Below, one piece after another: positions 7,367 through 15,910 of a stretch of 27,587 bases of DNA. Position numbers and translations under genes: made by a program. The notes under the pieces are model-generated. The model worked only from the letters and a program-made list of their open reading frames with translations, was not told where the DNA came from and searched no databases. This DNA is from a virus (lineage: Duplodnaviria > Caudoviricetes), in the IMG/VR virus record IMGVR_UViG_3300044878_000138, positions 1 to 27,587 of that record. One strand, written 5' to 3'. The first letter of the stretch is position 1. Each line of letters opens with the position of its first letter.

Positions 7367-8694
7367 TGGGACTTAACAGTGGCCAAGCTCGCGGCGTCAA
7401 TGGAGCGCTGGATGCCTACGAAGAAGGCAAGCCTGGCTTCACCATTATCGGCGAGGGTGGCACCGGCAAAACCTACTGTGTCATGGAGCTGGCGGAGATC
7501 CTGATCGAGGGCGGGGTCAAGGCGATCTTCGTGGCGCCCACCAACAAGGCCGTCAAGCAGCTGGAGAAGGCTGCCCGAGCTCGCGGCCTGCCAATGGACA
7601 AGATCGGCTTCGCCACCGCCCACAGCGCCCTCGGTCTGGCCATGATGCCCACCGACGAGAAGAAGCGCGCGGTCCAGGTGAAGGACAGCATCATCGGCGA
7701 GTACCACGTTCTGGTCTGCGACGAGATGTCGATGCTCGGCGAGTATTTCCTGTTCGACTACTTCCTGCCGGAGCTGCAGGCGAACGAAGTGTTCTGCCTG
7801 ATGATGGGCGACGACATGCAACTGCCGCCGGTCAAGGAAACCACCTCCAAGGCGTTCGGCCTGTTCCCCACCGTCGAGCTGACCCAGCCTGAGCGGCAGA
7901 AGAACAACCCGGACGGCACGCCCAACGGCATCCAGCTGGTCACCGCCCCGCTGCGCGCGGCGATCAAGAACCAGACGTCCTACGAGTTCAAAGAAGTGCC
8001 GGCGCACAACGTCACGGTGGTCAAGGCTGCTCACTTCCTGCACACCGTGCTCGAGCAGTTCGACCTGAACACGGATCTGGAAGATGTCCGCTGCCTGGCG
8101 TGGCGCAACTTCCGCGTGGATGACATCAACAACGCCATTCGCGCCAAAATCTACGGCCCTAACGCCGCCCGCTTCGAACTGGGCGAGCGTCTGGTCACCG
8201 GCAAGCCGATCAGCAAAGAGGGCACCACCATCCTCTCGACGGACGAAGAGTCGCTGGTTGCCGCTGTTTCCGAAAGCAAGATGTATGACGAAGGTAGCAG
8301 CACGTCGTGGAAGACGTGGCTGGTCACACTCAATCCTGTGTATGCTGATGTGAAGCAAGTCTTCGCTCATGTGCTGCACGAGGACGAGTATGAACGGTAC
8401 GAAGCGCACTGCCAGAAGATCAAGGACAAGGCCTTAGAGGCTCAGAAAACCGGGGGCAACGCAAGTTGGCACTGGCGGCAGCTGCACAAGTTCACCGACC
8501 TGTTCGATGACCTAAAGTATTGCTATTGCATTACGGTCCATCGCAGTCAGGGCAGCACCTTCAAACGTGTAATGGTCGACGTCAAGGATCTGCTGGAGAA
8601 TCCAATCCGCAGTGAAAGGCTCCGACTTTTGTACGTGGCGTTCAGCCGGCCACAACAGGAATTGGTTATCAACAAGGTGGGGTTCAAGGCTTGA
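7366..8694 (+). CDS. SF1B Dda/RecD-like DNA helicase
   Basis: Walker A GEGGTGKT, APTNKA, DEMSM, GDDMQLPPV, YCITVHRSQGSTF and LLYVAFSR. ATG 7366 follows AAGGTG. Confidence 0.93.
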   Translation: MGLNSGQARGVNGALDAYEEGKPGFTIIGEGGTGKTYCVMELAEILIEGGVKAIFVAPTNKAVKQLEKAARARGLPMDKIGFATAHSALGLAMMPTDEKKRAVQVKDSIIGEYHVLVCDEMSMLGEYFLFDYFLPELQANEVFCLMMGDDMQLPPVKETTSKAFGLFPTVELTQPERQKNNPDGTPNGIQLVTAPLRAAIKNQTSYEFKEVPAHNVTVVKAAHFLHTVLEQFDLNTDLEDVRCLAWRNFRVDDINNAIRAKIYGPNAARFELGERLVTGKPISKEGTTILSTDEESLVAAVSESKMYDEGSSTSWKTWLVTLNPVYADVKQVFAHVLHEDEYERYEAHCQKIKDKALEAQKTGGNASWHWRQLHKFTDLFDDLKYCYCITVHRSQGSTFKRVMVDVKDLLENPIRSERLRLLYVAFSRPQQELVINKVGFKA

Positions 8695-8722
8695 GCCGTA
8701 CCCTCGCTAATAGGAGCCTCAC

Positions 8723-8968
8723 ATGAAGGTCGTCAAAGAAGAGGTCGGGTCTCCCCGGATCGCGATCGACTACAACAAGCTGGCTGAATACTACAACACC
8801 GCCGAGATCGAAGGCGCGGTGGAGATGGACGAGGTTTACAACATCACCCTGTTCAAGAAAGCGCTGACTCGTCGTGGCCTGGAGCTGGACGTGGACTTCT
8901 CCGCGTTCAACAAGGACGGCAAAACCCTTGTGAAACGTCTCTCCCAGGCCCTTATGACGAAGGATTGA
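8723..8968 (+). CDS. small hypothetical protein
   Basis: TAGGAG SD. 81 aa, directly upstream of the primase. Confidence 0.75.
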   Translation: MKVVKEEVGSPRIAIDYNKLAEYYNTAEIEGAVEMDEVYNITLFKKALTRRGLELDVDFSAFNKDGKTLVKRLSQALMTKD

Positions 8969-8972
8969 CGCC

Positions 8973-11861
8973 ATGTACTACTTCCTTCAGTTCAGACCGG
9001 ACAAGAAGGAACCATGGCGGATGTACACAGAAGAGCAGCTGCAATCAGCTGAGCTTCCGAAATCGCCTGCGTTCAAAACCGTCCTGATGGTTGACCAAAA
9101 CCCCGAAGAAGTCTCCGACAACGGCCTCAACGCCGTGGAGACCGTGCATTACATGGGTCCGATGTATCTGGACTTCGACGACGCTGACGACATTGATCAG
9201 GTGCTGGCGGATGTCAACGCCGTGCTCGACTACCTGATGAACAAGCTGGACATCCCAGAGGAGTTCATCCACTGCTGGCTGTCTGGCGGCAAGGGTGTGC
9301 ACATCACCATCCCGGCTCAGGTGTTTGGCGTCAAGAAGCCCACAAAGTTCCTGCCGATGATCTATCGGGAGATCATGCTGACCATCATGAAGGGCGCGCA
9401 CCTGGAGTCACCGTGCAGCCTTGACGAGTCGGTGTACTCCTGTGGCAAGGGCCGGATGTGGCGCTGTGAAGGCATTCCCCGGCCAGGCAGCGGCACCTAC
9501 AAGGTCGGCACCACGGTCAATGAACTGGCGCACATGAACAGCGAGGAATACCACGCCATCGTGGCTGAACCTCGCCCAGCCCGTGCCCAGCCACAGCCAG
9601 GCAAGAACCTCAGCTACGCCAAGGCCGAGCAGCTGTTGAAGGCCGCACGGGTCACCGCCAGCCGCAAGGTCAAGGCGATGAACGCCGCTTGCGTGGTGCC
9701 CAAGGAAGCCATGCGCGAGTGGGATGGCATCCCCGGCTGCATCGAGAAGCTGATCACCGAAGGCCACGCCGAAGGCTCCAACTGGAACCAGACCGCGATG
9801 CAACTGGCGGCGTACATCGCTGCCCGCTACGAAAAGTCGGAAGAGAAGGAGTACATGGAACTGCTGGTGCGCCCGTTCGTGAAGAACGTGGAGTCGAGCA
9901 GCCGTCCTTCGGAAACCGAGCGCCTCAAGCACGTTCAAGGCCAGCTGCATCGGACCTTCAGTGGCTCGATCAAGTTTGCCCCGGGCGCGCTGATCGCTTC
10001 CATCGGCTCCCCTTGCCGGGCGTGCCCTATCTGCCGTGCCGACGTGGCCAGCGGCGAAGTCACCCAAGAAACCGTGGGCAACTTCAACACCGACGTCCGC
10101 ATCCGCTTCGACGCCAACGGGTACTTCCTCGTCGGCGAAGACAGCAGCCGGCAGCTGACCAACTTCACCTTCTGGCCGACGATGGAAGTCTTCGAGCTGG
10201 AGCCCTACACCAACGCCGAAGGCTTCACCACTTGGCGCAGCACTGAGCGAAAGGAACTGGTCGGGAAACTGATCGTGGCCGGCAGCGACGTGGTCAGCGA
10301 GGTCTCCCTGTCGGAGCGTGCCTGGAGTTCCAAGCGCGACCTGATCTCGGGGGTGAAAGGCCGTGACGCAGCGGTGTACGCCGGTGACGGCGAGATCCAA
10401 AAAATACTGGTGGCCCTGCTGAAGTTCGCAAGGGACAAGACCGAAGACAAGGAGTTGGAAAAGATGATTCGTGCGAACGTCTGCGGAATCGTGCTGGACC
10501 GCGGCGAGAAGGGCACGGTCGCGCACTATGTTGAAGCTGGCAACGCCATCACCAACTTGGGTGGGCGCAGCCCGTACCGCTTCAACGGTAACGCCCGACA
10601 GTCGCCTGCGTTGATCAGTGGCAGCAACCCGCTGCCCGACGATGAACAACTGGCCACGGTGATGAAAGCGCTGTGCAAGGTGAACGAGCCGGTACAGGTC
10701 GCTCAGCTGCTGGGGTGGTTTGTGTCCTGCCACTTCCGCGAGCACATCCAGTTCGAGGAACCGCAATTCCCGCTGCTCAACATCTACGGCAACGCCGGCG
10801 CGGGCAAGTCCTGCCTGGCCATGCTGATCGCCATGATCAATGGCATCGACTACACGAAGGCCGAGCTGCAAAACGTCGAGGTTGGCACGCTGTTCCCGCT
10901 GACCAAGTACGTGAGCAGCAGCACCACGGTGCCGCGCCTGATCGAAGAAGTGAACCCGGTGCAGCTGGGCCCAGGCCGTTACGGCAGCATCGTCGGCATC
11001 CTCAAGGCAGCATGGAGTCATGCCCCTATTCAGCGTGGCCGTATCGGCGCTGACCGGGAGCTGGCTGTCAGCGAGGACCGTGTTTCGGCGCCTCTGGTGT
11101 ATACCAGCGAGCAGTCGGCCACCGTGCCAGCGCTGCGCAGTCGTTCCGTGGAAGTCCGCCTGCAGGCGAAATCGCTGCAGAACCAGACCTACCGGGACAA
11201 CTACCGGACCTGTGTGCAGAACAAGCAGGCGTTGTTGCGGATGGCCAGAGCCTTGGTCACCGTGGCGCTGGGGACCTCCCCTTCCGCCCTGCTGAAGATC
11301 TTCCACAGCAAGGCAGCCCTGATCCACAAGGGCATGGAAGACCGGCCACGCTGGGGTATGCAGTGCTGCCTGACCGGGCTGCACATGCTGATCCACACCA
11401 TGACCGAGTTCAAAGTCGGTGGCGTTGAGGACGTCAAAGCCCTTGAAGCCGAGCTGATCGTCTACATGGGTGGCCGAGTCACGGAAGTGGAACGGGGCAA
11501 GTCGGCTTCGGAAGTGGACCGCGTGCTGGGTGCCATGAACGTCATGGCCGATGACACCTTCGACGAACGCCTGCAGCTGATGGCCGGCAAGCACTACTGG
11601 CGTCAGGGCGACTCGCTGTATCTGGTTTTGCAGTCCTGTCTGCCGCGTTACCATGCCTACACGAAGATGATCGGCGAGGTGCCGGTTATCCGTCAGTTCC
11701 AGCAGCTGACTCAGCTGATCGAGGGCGAGGTGTACTTCGAGCGCATTGAGCCGCACCCCAACAACAATGAGATCGAAGTGTTCGTGATCAACGCCAAGAA
11801 GCTGACCGAAAAGGGAACTTCACTCAACAACTTTGCCAGGGAAACGGAGGCAGCTGAATGA
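8973..11861 (+). CDS. AEP-type primase fused to P-loop helicase/ATPase (DUF927-like)
   Basis: AEP motifs YLDFDD and SGGKGVH, helical IPGCI region, CRACPIC zinc site, Walker A GNAGAGKS, Walker B-like LIEE and an ALRSR arginine finger. Confidence 0.85.
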   Translation: MYYFLQFRPDKKEPWRMYTEEQLQSAELPKSPAFKTVLMVDQNPEEVSDNGLNAVETVHYMGPMYLDFDDADDIDQVLADVNAVLDYLMNKLDIPEEFIHCWLSGGKGVHITIPAQVFGVKKPTKFLPMIYREIMLTIMKGAHLESPCSLDESVYSCGKGRMWRCEGIPRPGSGTYKVGTTVNELAHMNSEEYHAIVAEPRPARAQPQPGKNLSYAKAEQLLKAARVTASRKVKAMNAACVVPKEAMREWDGIPGCIEKLITEGHAEGSNWNQTAMQLAAYIAARYEKSEEKEYMELLVRPFVKNVESSSRPSETERLKHVQGQLHRTFSGSIKFAPGALIASIGSPCRACPICRADVASGEVTQETVGNFNTDVRIRFDANGYFLVGEDSSRQLTNFTFWPTMEVFELEPYTNAEGFTTWRSTERKELVGKLIVAGSDVVSEVSLSERAWSSKRDLISGVKGRDAAVYAGDGEIQKILVALLKFARDKTEDKELEKMIRANVCGIVLDRGEKGTVAHYVEAGNAITNLGGRSPYRFNGNARQSPALISGSNPLPDDEQLATVMKALCKVNEPVQVAQLLGWFVSCHFREHIQFEEPQFPLLNIYGNAGAGKSCLAMLIAMINGIDYTKAELQNVEVGTLFPLTKYVSSSTTVPRLIEEVNPVQLGPGRYGSIVGILKAAWSHAPIQRGRIGADRELAVSEDRVSAPLVYTSEQSATVPALRSRSVEVRLQAKSLQNQTYRDNYRTCVQNKQALLRMARALVTVALGTSPSALLKIFHSKAALIHKGMEDRPRWGMQCCLTGLHMLIHTMTEFKVGGVEDVKALEAELIVYMGGRVTEVERGKSASEVDRVLGAMNVMADDTFDERLQLMAGKHYWRQGDSLYLVLQSCLPRYHAYTKMIGEVPVIRQFQQLTQLIEGEVYFERIEPHPNNNEIEVFVINAKKLTEKGTSLNNFARETEAAE

Positions 11862-12082
11862 CCGAGAATTACGCAGACCCAGTGGATCGGGCGGTTGTTG
11901 AACAGGAACGGCTTCTGGAGGAGCAGCTACGCATCGCCAGAAAGCCGATCCACACCCTGCCCTACATCGGCAAATGCCACAACTGCAGCGAGCCAATGCC
12001 GGAAGAGCAGCGGTTCTGTGACGCTGACTGCCGGGACGACCACGCCAAAATCCAACGCAGTCGAGAACAGAGGATCTTCTAA
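11858..12082 (+). CDS. TraR/DksA-like C4 zinc-finger protein
   Basis: N-terminal ADPVDRA (DxxDxA) helix, CHNC and CDADC. 74 aa. Confidence 0.75.
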   Translation: MTENYADPVDRAVVEQERLLEEQLRIARKPIHTLPYIGKCHNCSEPMPEEQRFCDADCRDDHAKIQRSREQRIF

Positions 12083-13773
12083 TGGGCGCAAGTCTCCACG
12101 ACTTGATGCTCACGGTCGGGGTGGGAAACCACCCTGAATGGTTCTCGGAAATCCCCCTTCCGAACTGGCCGATGCCGCATCAACTCGACACCCTCAAGGC
12201 TTATCCCTGGAACGATCGTTACGGGGATTTTTCTGAGCCCGGTACAGGCAAGACGTACCCGGCACAGGTCCACGCCATCATGATGGCCGCGATGGGCAAC
12301 CGGGTGGTGTTCACCACCCTGCCTGGCTTGATCCCGCAGTTCATGGAGGAGTTCGAAGTCTTCTTCCCCGGTATCGGGAAGCGGCTGAAGATCGAACACA
12401 TGGACTGCACCGCCACACAGAAAAAGAAAAAGGAGCAGCAGTGGGACGTCGAAGGCTGGCCGGACATTCTGGTCCTGTCCTACGACATCTACCGGCTGTA
12501 CAACGACAAAAATCCACGGAAGAAGATCGGCAATAATCTGTGGAAAATCAGGAATATCAACAAGATAGGTACGCCGGAAGAGTACGCCACCAGCTACTTC
12601 ATTGAAGAGGGCGACGACAAAGGCAACCCCCGCTTCCCCAAGGCGCAGCCGTACACCAAAGATGGCCGGCAGATCAACGTGAAGAACGGCACCGCCAAGA
12701 ACCCCAAGCAGATGCTGCTGAAGGAACACGGCTACAACGTGCTGTTCTTCGACGAGGGCGATGCGCTGTGTGGCCTGGAGTCGATCCTGTCCGAGTCGGT
12801 GGCGGAGATGTCGATGCGGCTGAAGGACGAGGTGGCCATCTACGTGATGACCGGCACCCCGATCCCGACCAAGTTGCACAACGCCTACGGCCTGATCCGG
12901 CTGATCAACCCCACAGCCTACTTGAACAAGGCCTCGTTCCTGCGGCAGCACTGTGAGCACGAGGAGTTCGAGATCCCGCTGGCCGGTGGGAAGTCGAAGA
13001 AGATCAAGCAGATCGTGGGCTACTTCGACACCGAGAAGATCTTCGAGTCGCTGTGGAAGAACGCCCGCCGGGTTCAGAAGCGCGATGTGATCCCGATGCC
13101 GGAGCCGGTGATCAGCGAGGTGCCGGTCAAGCTGTCCGGACGCCACCTGAAGCTGTACCGACAGGTGATCAACGACCGCTTCGCCGTGCTCGGCGACCTG
13201 GTGCTGGCGCCGGACAACTCGTCGGCGCTGCGGCACTTGGCCTTGCAGCTGATCAGCTGCCCCAGCAAGTTCGACCCCACCCTCACCGAGTGCGACGAGC
13301 TGGCCAAGGCCACGGGCAATCTGGTCGAGTCGATCAACCCCGGTCCAAAGCGCAAGCTGATCATCTTCGCGTTCTACCGCCAAGCCATCGAGAGCCTGGC
13401 CCTGCAGTTCGCTCACCGCAAGGTGGCGATCGTGTACGGCGGCATCCCTGATCGGCAGGCACAGGTCGAGAAGTTCCAGAAGGATGACGAGTGCGACACG
13501 ATCATCATCCAATGGGTGTCCGGCGGTGCCGGGCTGAACCTGCAGGTGGCCAGCTACATCATCTTCTACGAGTGTCCGACCTCACCGAAAGCGGCCAAAC
13601 AGGCGATAGCCAGGGCGGATCGCAACGGTCAGGTCAATGTGGTCAACGTGTACTTCATGCGAGTGAAAGGCACGCTGTCCGACAAGAACTTCAAGGCGCT
13701 GTTGGCCAACGAAGAAAGCAATAACCGGGCGATCAAAGACAGGCATGACCTGCTGTTTGAACTGCTCGGTTGA
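12082..13773 (+). CDS. SNF2-like superfamily 2 helicase
   Basis: PHQ Q-motif, EPGTGKT, DEGD, MTGTP, GLNLQ and QAIARADRNGQ. Confidence 0.9.
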   Translation: MGASLHDLMLTVGVGNHPEWFSEIPLPNWPMPHQLDTLKAYPWNDRYGDFSEPGTGKTYPAQVHAIMMAAMGNRVVFTTLPGLIPQFMEEFEVFFPGIGKRLKIEHMDCTATQKKKKEQQWDVEGWPDILVLSYDIYRLYNDKNPRKKIGNNLWKIRNINKIGTPEEYATSYFIEEGDDKGNPRFPKAQPYTKDGRQINVKNGTAKNPKQMLLKEHGYNVLFFDEGDALCGLESILSESVAEMSMRLKDEVAIYVMTGTPIPTKLHNAYGLIRLINPTAYLNKASFLRQHCEHEEFEIPLAGGKSKKIKQIVGYFDTEKIFESLWKNARRVQKRDVIPMPEPVISEVPVKLSGRHLKLYRQVINDRFAVLGDLVLAPDNSSALRHLALQLISCPSKFDPTLTECDELAKATGNLVESINPGPKRKLIIFAFYRQAIESLALQFAHRKVAIVYGGIPDRQAQVEKFQKDDECDTIIIQWVSGGAGLNLQVASYIIFYECPTSPKAAKQAIARADRNGQVNVVNVYFMRVKGTLSDKNFKALLANEESNNRAIKDRHDLLFELLG

Positions 13774-13799
13774 CAGAGGGCATACAGGCTCTGTATAAA
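13770..13799 (+). promoter_or_regulatory. sigma70-like promoter TTGACA-N18-TATAAA
   Basis: Consensus -35 at 13770-13775 and near-consensus -10 at 13794-13799, intergenic. An ATACAG/CTGTAT inverted repeat spans the spacer and -10. Confidence 0.7.
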
Positions 13800-13886
13800 T
13801 CAGCCTGCGCTAGCGGATTCTTCGCTAGTTGCCGATGAAAGCGACAATGAACTGAAATCAAAATCCTACTGAAAGAGACAACGATC

Positions 13887-14792
13887 ATGGCACTGAAACG
13901 CGCAGCAGCACCGGCAGAAACCACCCAAACCACCGCAGCAGCTACCGCCGCTGAAGTAGTGAAGGAAACCGTGCAGGAAGTGGAGGCCGAAGTGGTCGAG
14001 ACTCAGGCACAACAGGTTCAGGATGAACCAGTGGTTGAAACCCAAACCGAAGCAGCAGCAGAGCCTGCCGCCGAAGCCGCCGTCGAACCTGAAGCAGCAG
14101 CGAAACCTGCCGCCGAAGCCGAGCCGGCAGCCGAAGAAGTTCAGCCGGAAGAAGTTGCCACCAAGGACGTCGCGGTGAAAACCGAGTCGACCGCCGTGGT
14201 CACCAACACCGAGCGCCAAGCCTCCGCCGCGAAGCAATTCACGGAAGACATGGCCAGCCAGGGCTTCGAAGGCCTGAACATCACCGGCATGTCCTTCGAC
14301 CGCATCAAGCTGGACGAAGGCAAGTTCCTCCTCGGCAGCGAGGAAGTACCGCTGGGCGAAGAGATCGAAGTGAACATCCTCAGCACCCGCAACATCTACA
14401 TCGTTCGCCAGTTCGCTGGTGAAGGCGCTGAGCTGTTCTACAGCTACGATCGTCACGGCAAGACCCTGTCCGACGGCACCTCCGCCCAAGAGATCTTGGA
14501 CGAGTGGCTGGGTGACGGCTACGGCACCCCTGACGAGCCGCTGGACATCAAGGAATACATCGAAGCAATGGCGCAACTCAAGAATCGTGAAGACGAGTAC
14601 GACGAGCACATGGTTTCGCTGTCCATTCCACCAGCGTCGAAAGACCGTCTGGCCGGTGCCATCGCTGTCGGCGTTCGCAAAAACGCTTGCGCCCCGGGCG
14701 AGCTGATCATCAAGGCCAAGGTCGGTGCCAAGGTCGGTAAGGGCGAAAAAGCCTTCCGTCCATGGACCTTCACCTGCGTCGGCAAGCTGTAA
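13887..14792 (+). CDS. acidic protein with Ala/Glu/Pro-rich N-terminus; candidate ssDNA-binding/replication accessory protein
   Basis: Has its own promoter and terminator, a low-complexity N-terminal ~110 aa and a beta-rich C-terminal domain. Function is inferred from context only. Confidence 0.6.
   Translation: MALKRAAAPAETTQTTAAATAAEVVKETVQEVEAEVVETQAQQVQDEPVVETQTEAAAEPAAEAAVEPEAAAKPAAEAEPAAEEVQPEEVATKDVAVKTESTAVVTNTERQASAAKQFTEDMASQGFEGLNITGMSFDRIKLDEGKFLLGSEEVPLGEEIEVNILSTRNIYIVRQFAGEGAELFYSYDRHGKTLSDGTSAQEILDEWLGDGYGTPDEPLDIKEYIEAMAQLKNREDEYDEHMVSLSIPPASKDRLAGAIAVGVRKNACAPGELIIKAKVGAKVGKGEKAFRPWTFTCVGKL
14049..14121 (+). repeat. 31-bp imperfect direct repeat (42-bp period) encoding EAAA(E/K)PAAEA
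   Basis: gaagcagcagcagagcctgccgccgaagccg at 14049 and gaagcagcagcgaaacctgccgccgaagccg at 14091. Confidence 0.8.
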
Positions 14793-14808
14793 CACTCTGC
14801 TCTGACTG

Positions 14809-14841
14809 AAAGCCCGGCCGGCGAAACCTGCCGGGCTTTTT
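14809..14841 (+). terminator. Rho-independent terminator
   Basis: AAAGCCCGGC...GCCGGGCTTTTT hairpin and T-tract right after the stop at 14792. Confidence 0.85.
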
Positions 14842-14872
14842 CATCCCTGAATTTTGAATCTGAGAGATACCC

Positions 14873-15538
14873 ATGTCCGATATTAAAGACCACGGCTTCA
14901 CTGGCGGTGTGCACACCTCTGTCCTGAACGAGCTGAACCTGTTCAAAGCTGAAGAGCAGCTGGTGGCCCAGTGGGCGCCGGATCTGACCCCGGAAGACCA
15001 GCAGGAAATCGTCAACACCCCGTTCGACCAGATGGTGACCAACTTGGCTAAGCCCGGCCAGACCATGAAGGACGAGCTGAAGTTCATCGGCTTCCTCAAA
15101 GTCCTGCAGGTCTGCGCAGCTGTGATCAACCGTGGCAACGAGCTGGACACCGTCAAGAAGGCCGTGGTCTACAACAAGGCGGTCGACGCCCCTGCCCCGT
15201 TCACGCTGCCGAGCAGCCAAGGCTTGGCTGAAGCCTTCGAGGCGCTGGACGGCGAGAAGATGCACCTGCTGCACATGGCCCTCGGCCTGGCTGGTGAAGC
15301 CGCTGAGATGCTCGATCAGGTGGTCAGCCACGTCCTCGGCGCTCCGCTGGATGGCAAGAACGTCCGTGAAGAAGCCGGTGACGCCAGCTTCTACATCGTC
15401 GGCCTGCTGAACGGCATCCAGACGCCGCTGGCCGAAGCCCTGCTGGCCAACAAGGTCAAGCTGATGGGTTACCGCTACAAGAAGGGCTACAGCGACAAGG
15501 CCGCCCAAGAGCGCGCTGACAAACCCGCTGGCGAGTAA
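14873..15538 (+). CDS. MazG-like NTP pyrophosphohydrolase
   Basis: LLHMALGLAGEAAEMLD...EEAGDASFY...ANKVKL..RY gives the all-alpha NTP-PPase ExxE/ExxD pattern. Confidence 0.85.
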   Translation: MSDIKDHGFTGGVHTSVLNELNLFKAEEQLVAQWAPDLTPEDQQEIVNTPFDQMVTNLAKPGQTMKDELKFIGFLKVLQVCAAVINRGNELDTVKKAVVYNKAVDAPAPFTLPSSQGLAEAFEALDGEKMHLLHMALGLAGEAAEMLDQVVSHVLGAPLDGKNVREEAGDASFYIVGLLNGIQTPLAEALLANKVKLMGYRYKKGYSDKAAQERADKPAGE

Positions 15539-15544
15539 GCAACC

Positions 15545-15566
15545 TGCTCCCGCCTCGGCGGGAGCA
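15545..15566. other. intergenic GC hairpin TGCTCCCGC-CTCG-GCGGGAGCA
   Basis: Perfect stem without a U-tract; possibly an mRNA stabiliser or processing site. Confidence 0.55.
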
Positions 15567-15583
15567 TCCATTAGGGGAAGGAC

Positions 15584-15910
15584 ATGACCACAGTTATTTT
15601 CCATTCACCAGCAGCCACCGGCAAGACGAAGTTCGGCCAGGCTCTGGCCAGGCACTTCGGCTGCTCTGCAGTGGTTGAGGCGGAGGAGCTGCTGCACATG
15701 GCGGACAGCGTCCGCAAGCACAAGCTGCCCAACGCCCTGATCCTCTGCATCAACGCCAACGACGTGGAGCACAGCCCGTACATCCGAGCACGGCGCACGC
15801 TGCATCGCGACGAAATGAACCGCGCCATGGTCGCCGTCGGGGGTATCCCGATCTGGAACGACGATGGCAGCGTAAACACCATGGGCAAGCGCAAGGAACT
15901 GAAAGCATGA
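15584..15910 (+). CDS. very small P-loop (nucleotide-kinase-like) protein
   Basis: VIFHSPAATGKTKFGQALARHFG resembles the N-terminus of NMP/shikimate kinases. Only 108 aa. Confidence 0.65.
   Translation: MTTVIFHSPAATGKTKFGQALARHFGCSAVVEAEELLHMADSVRKHKLPNALILCINANDVEHSPYIRARRTLHRDEMNRAMVAVGGIPIWNDDGSVNTMGKRKELKA

Noticed and set aside
9408-11756. Long minus-strand ORFs (782 aa here; also 19095-21557, 17388-19094, 12079-13512 and others)
   Set aside because: They are antisense shadows of GC-biased + strand genes, with no recognisable motifs or ribosome-binding sites.
13791-13806. Possible LexA box (CTGTATAAATCAG); also CTGTATAAAAAC in the ligase 5' end
   Set aside because: The spacing is CTG-N7-CAG rather than CTG-N10-CAG, and the second site lacks the CAG half.
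14049-14121. Repeat that might be a CRISPR-like or iteron array
   Set aside because: There are only two in-frame copies, inside a low-complexity coding region.
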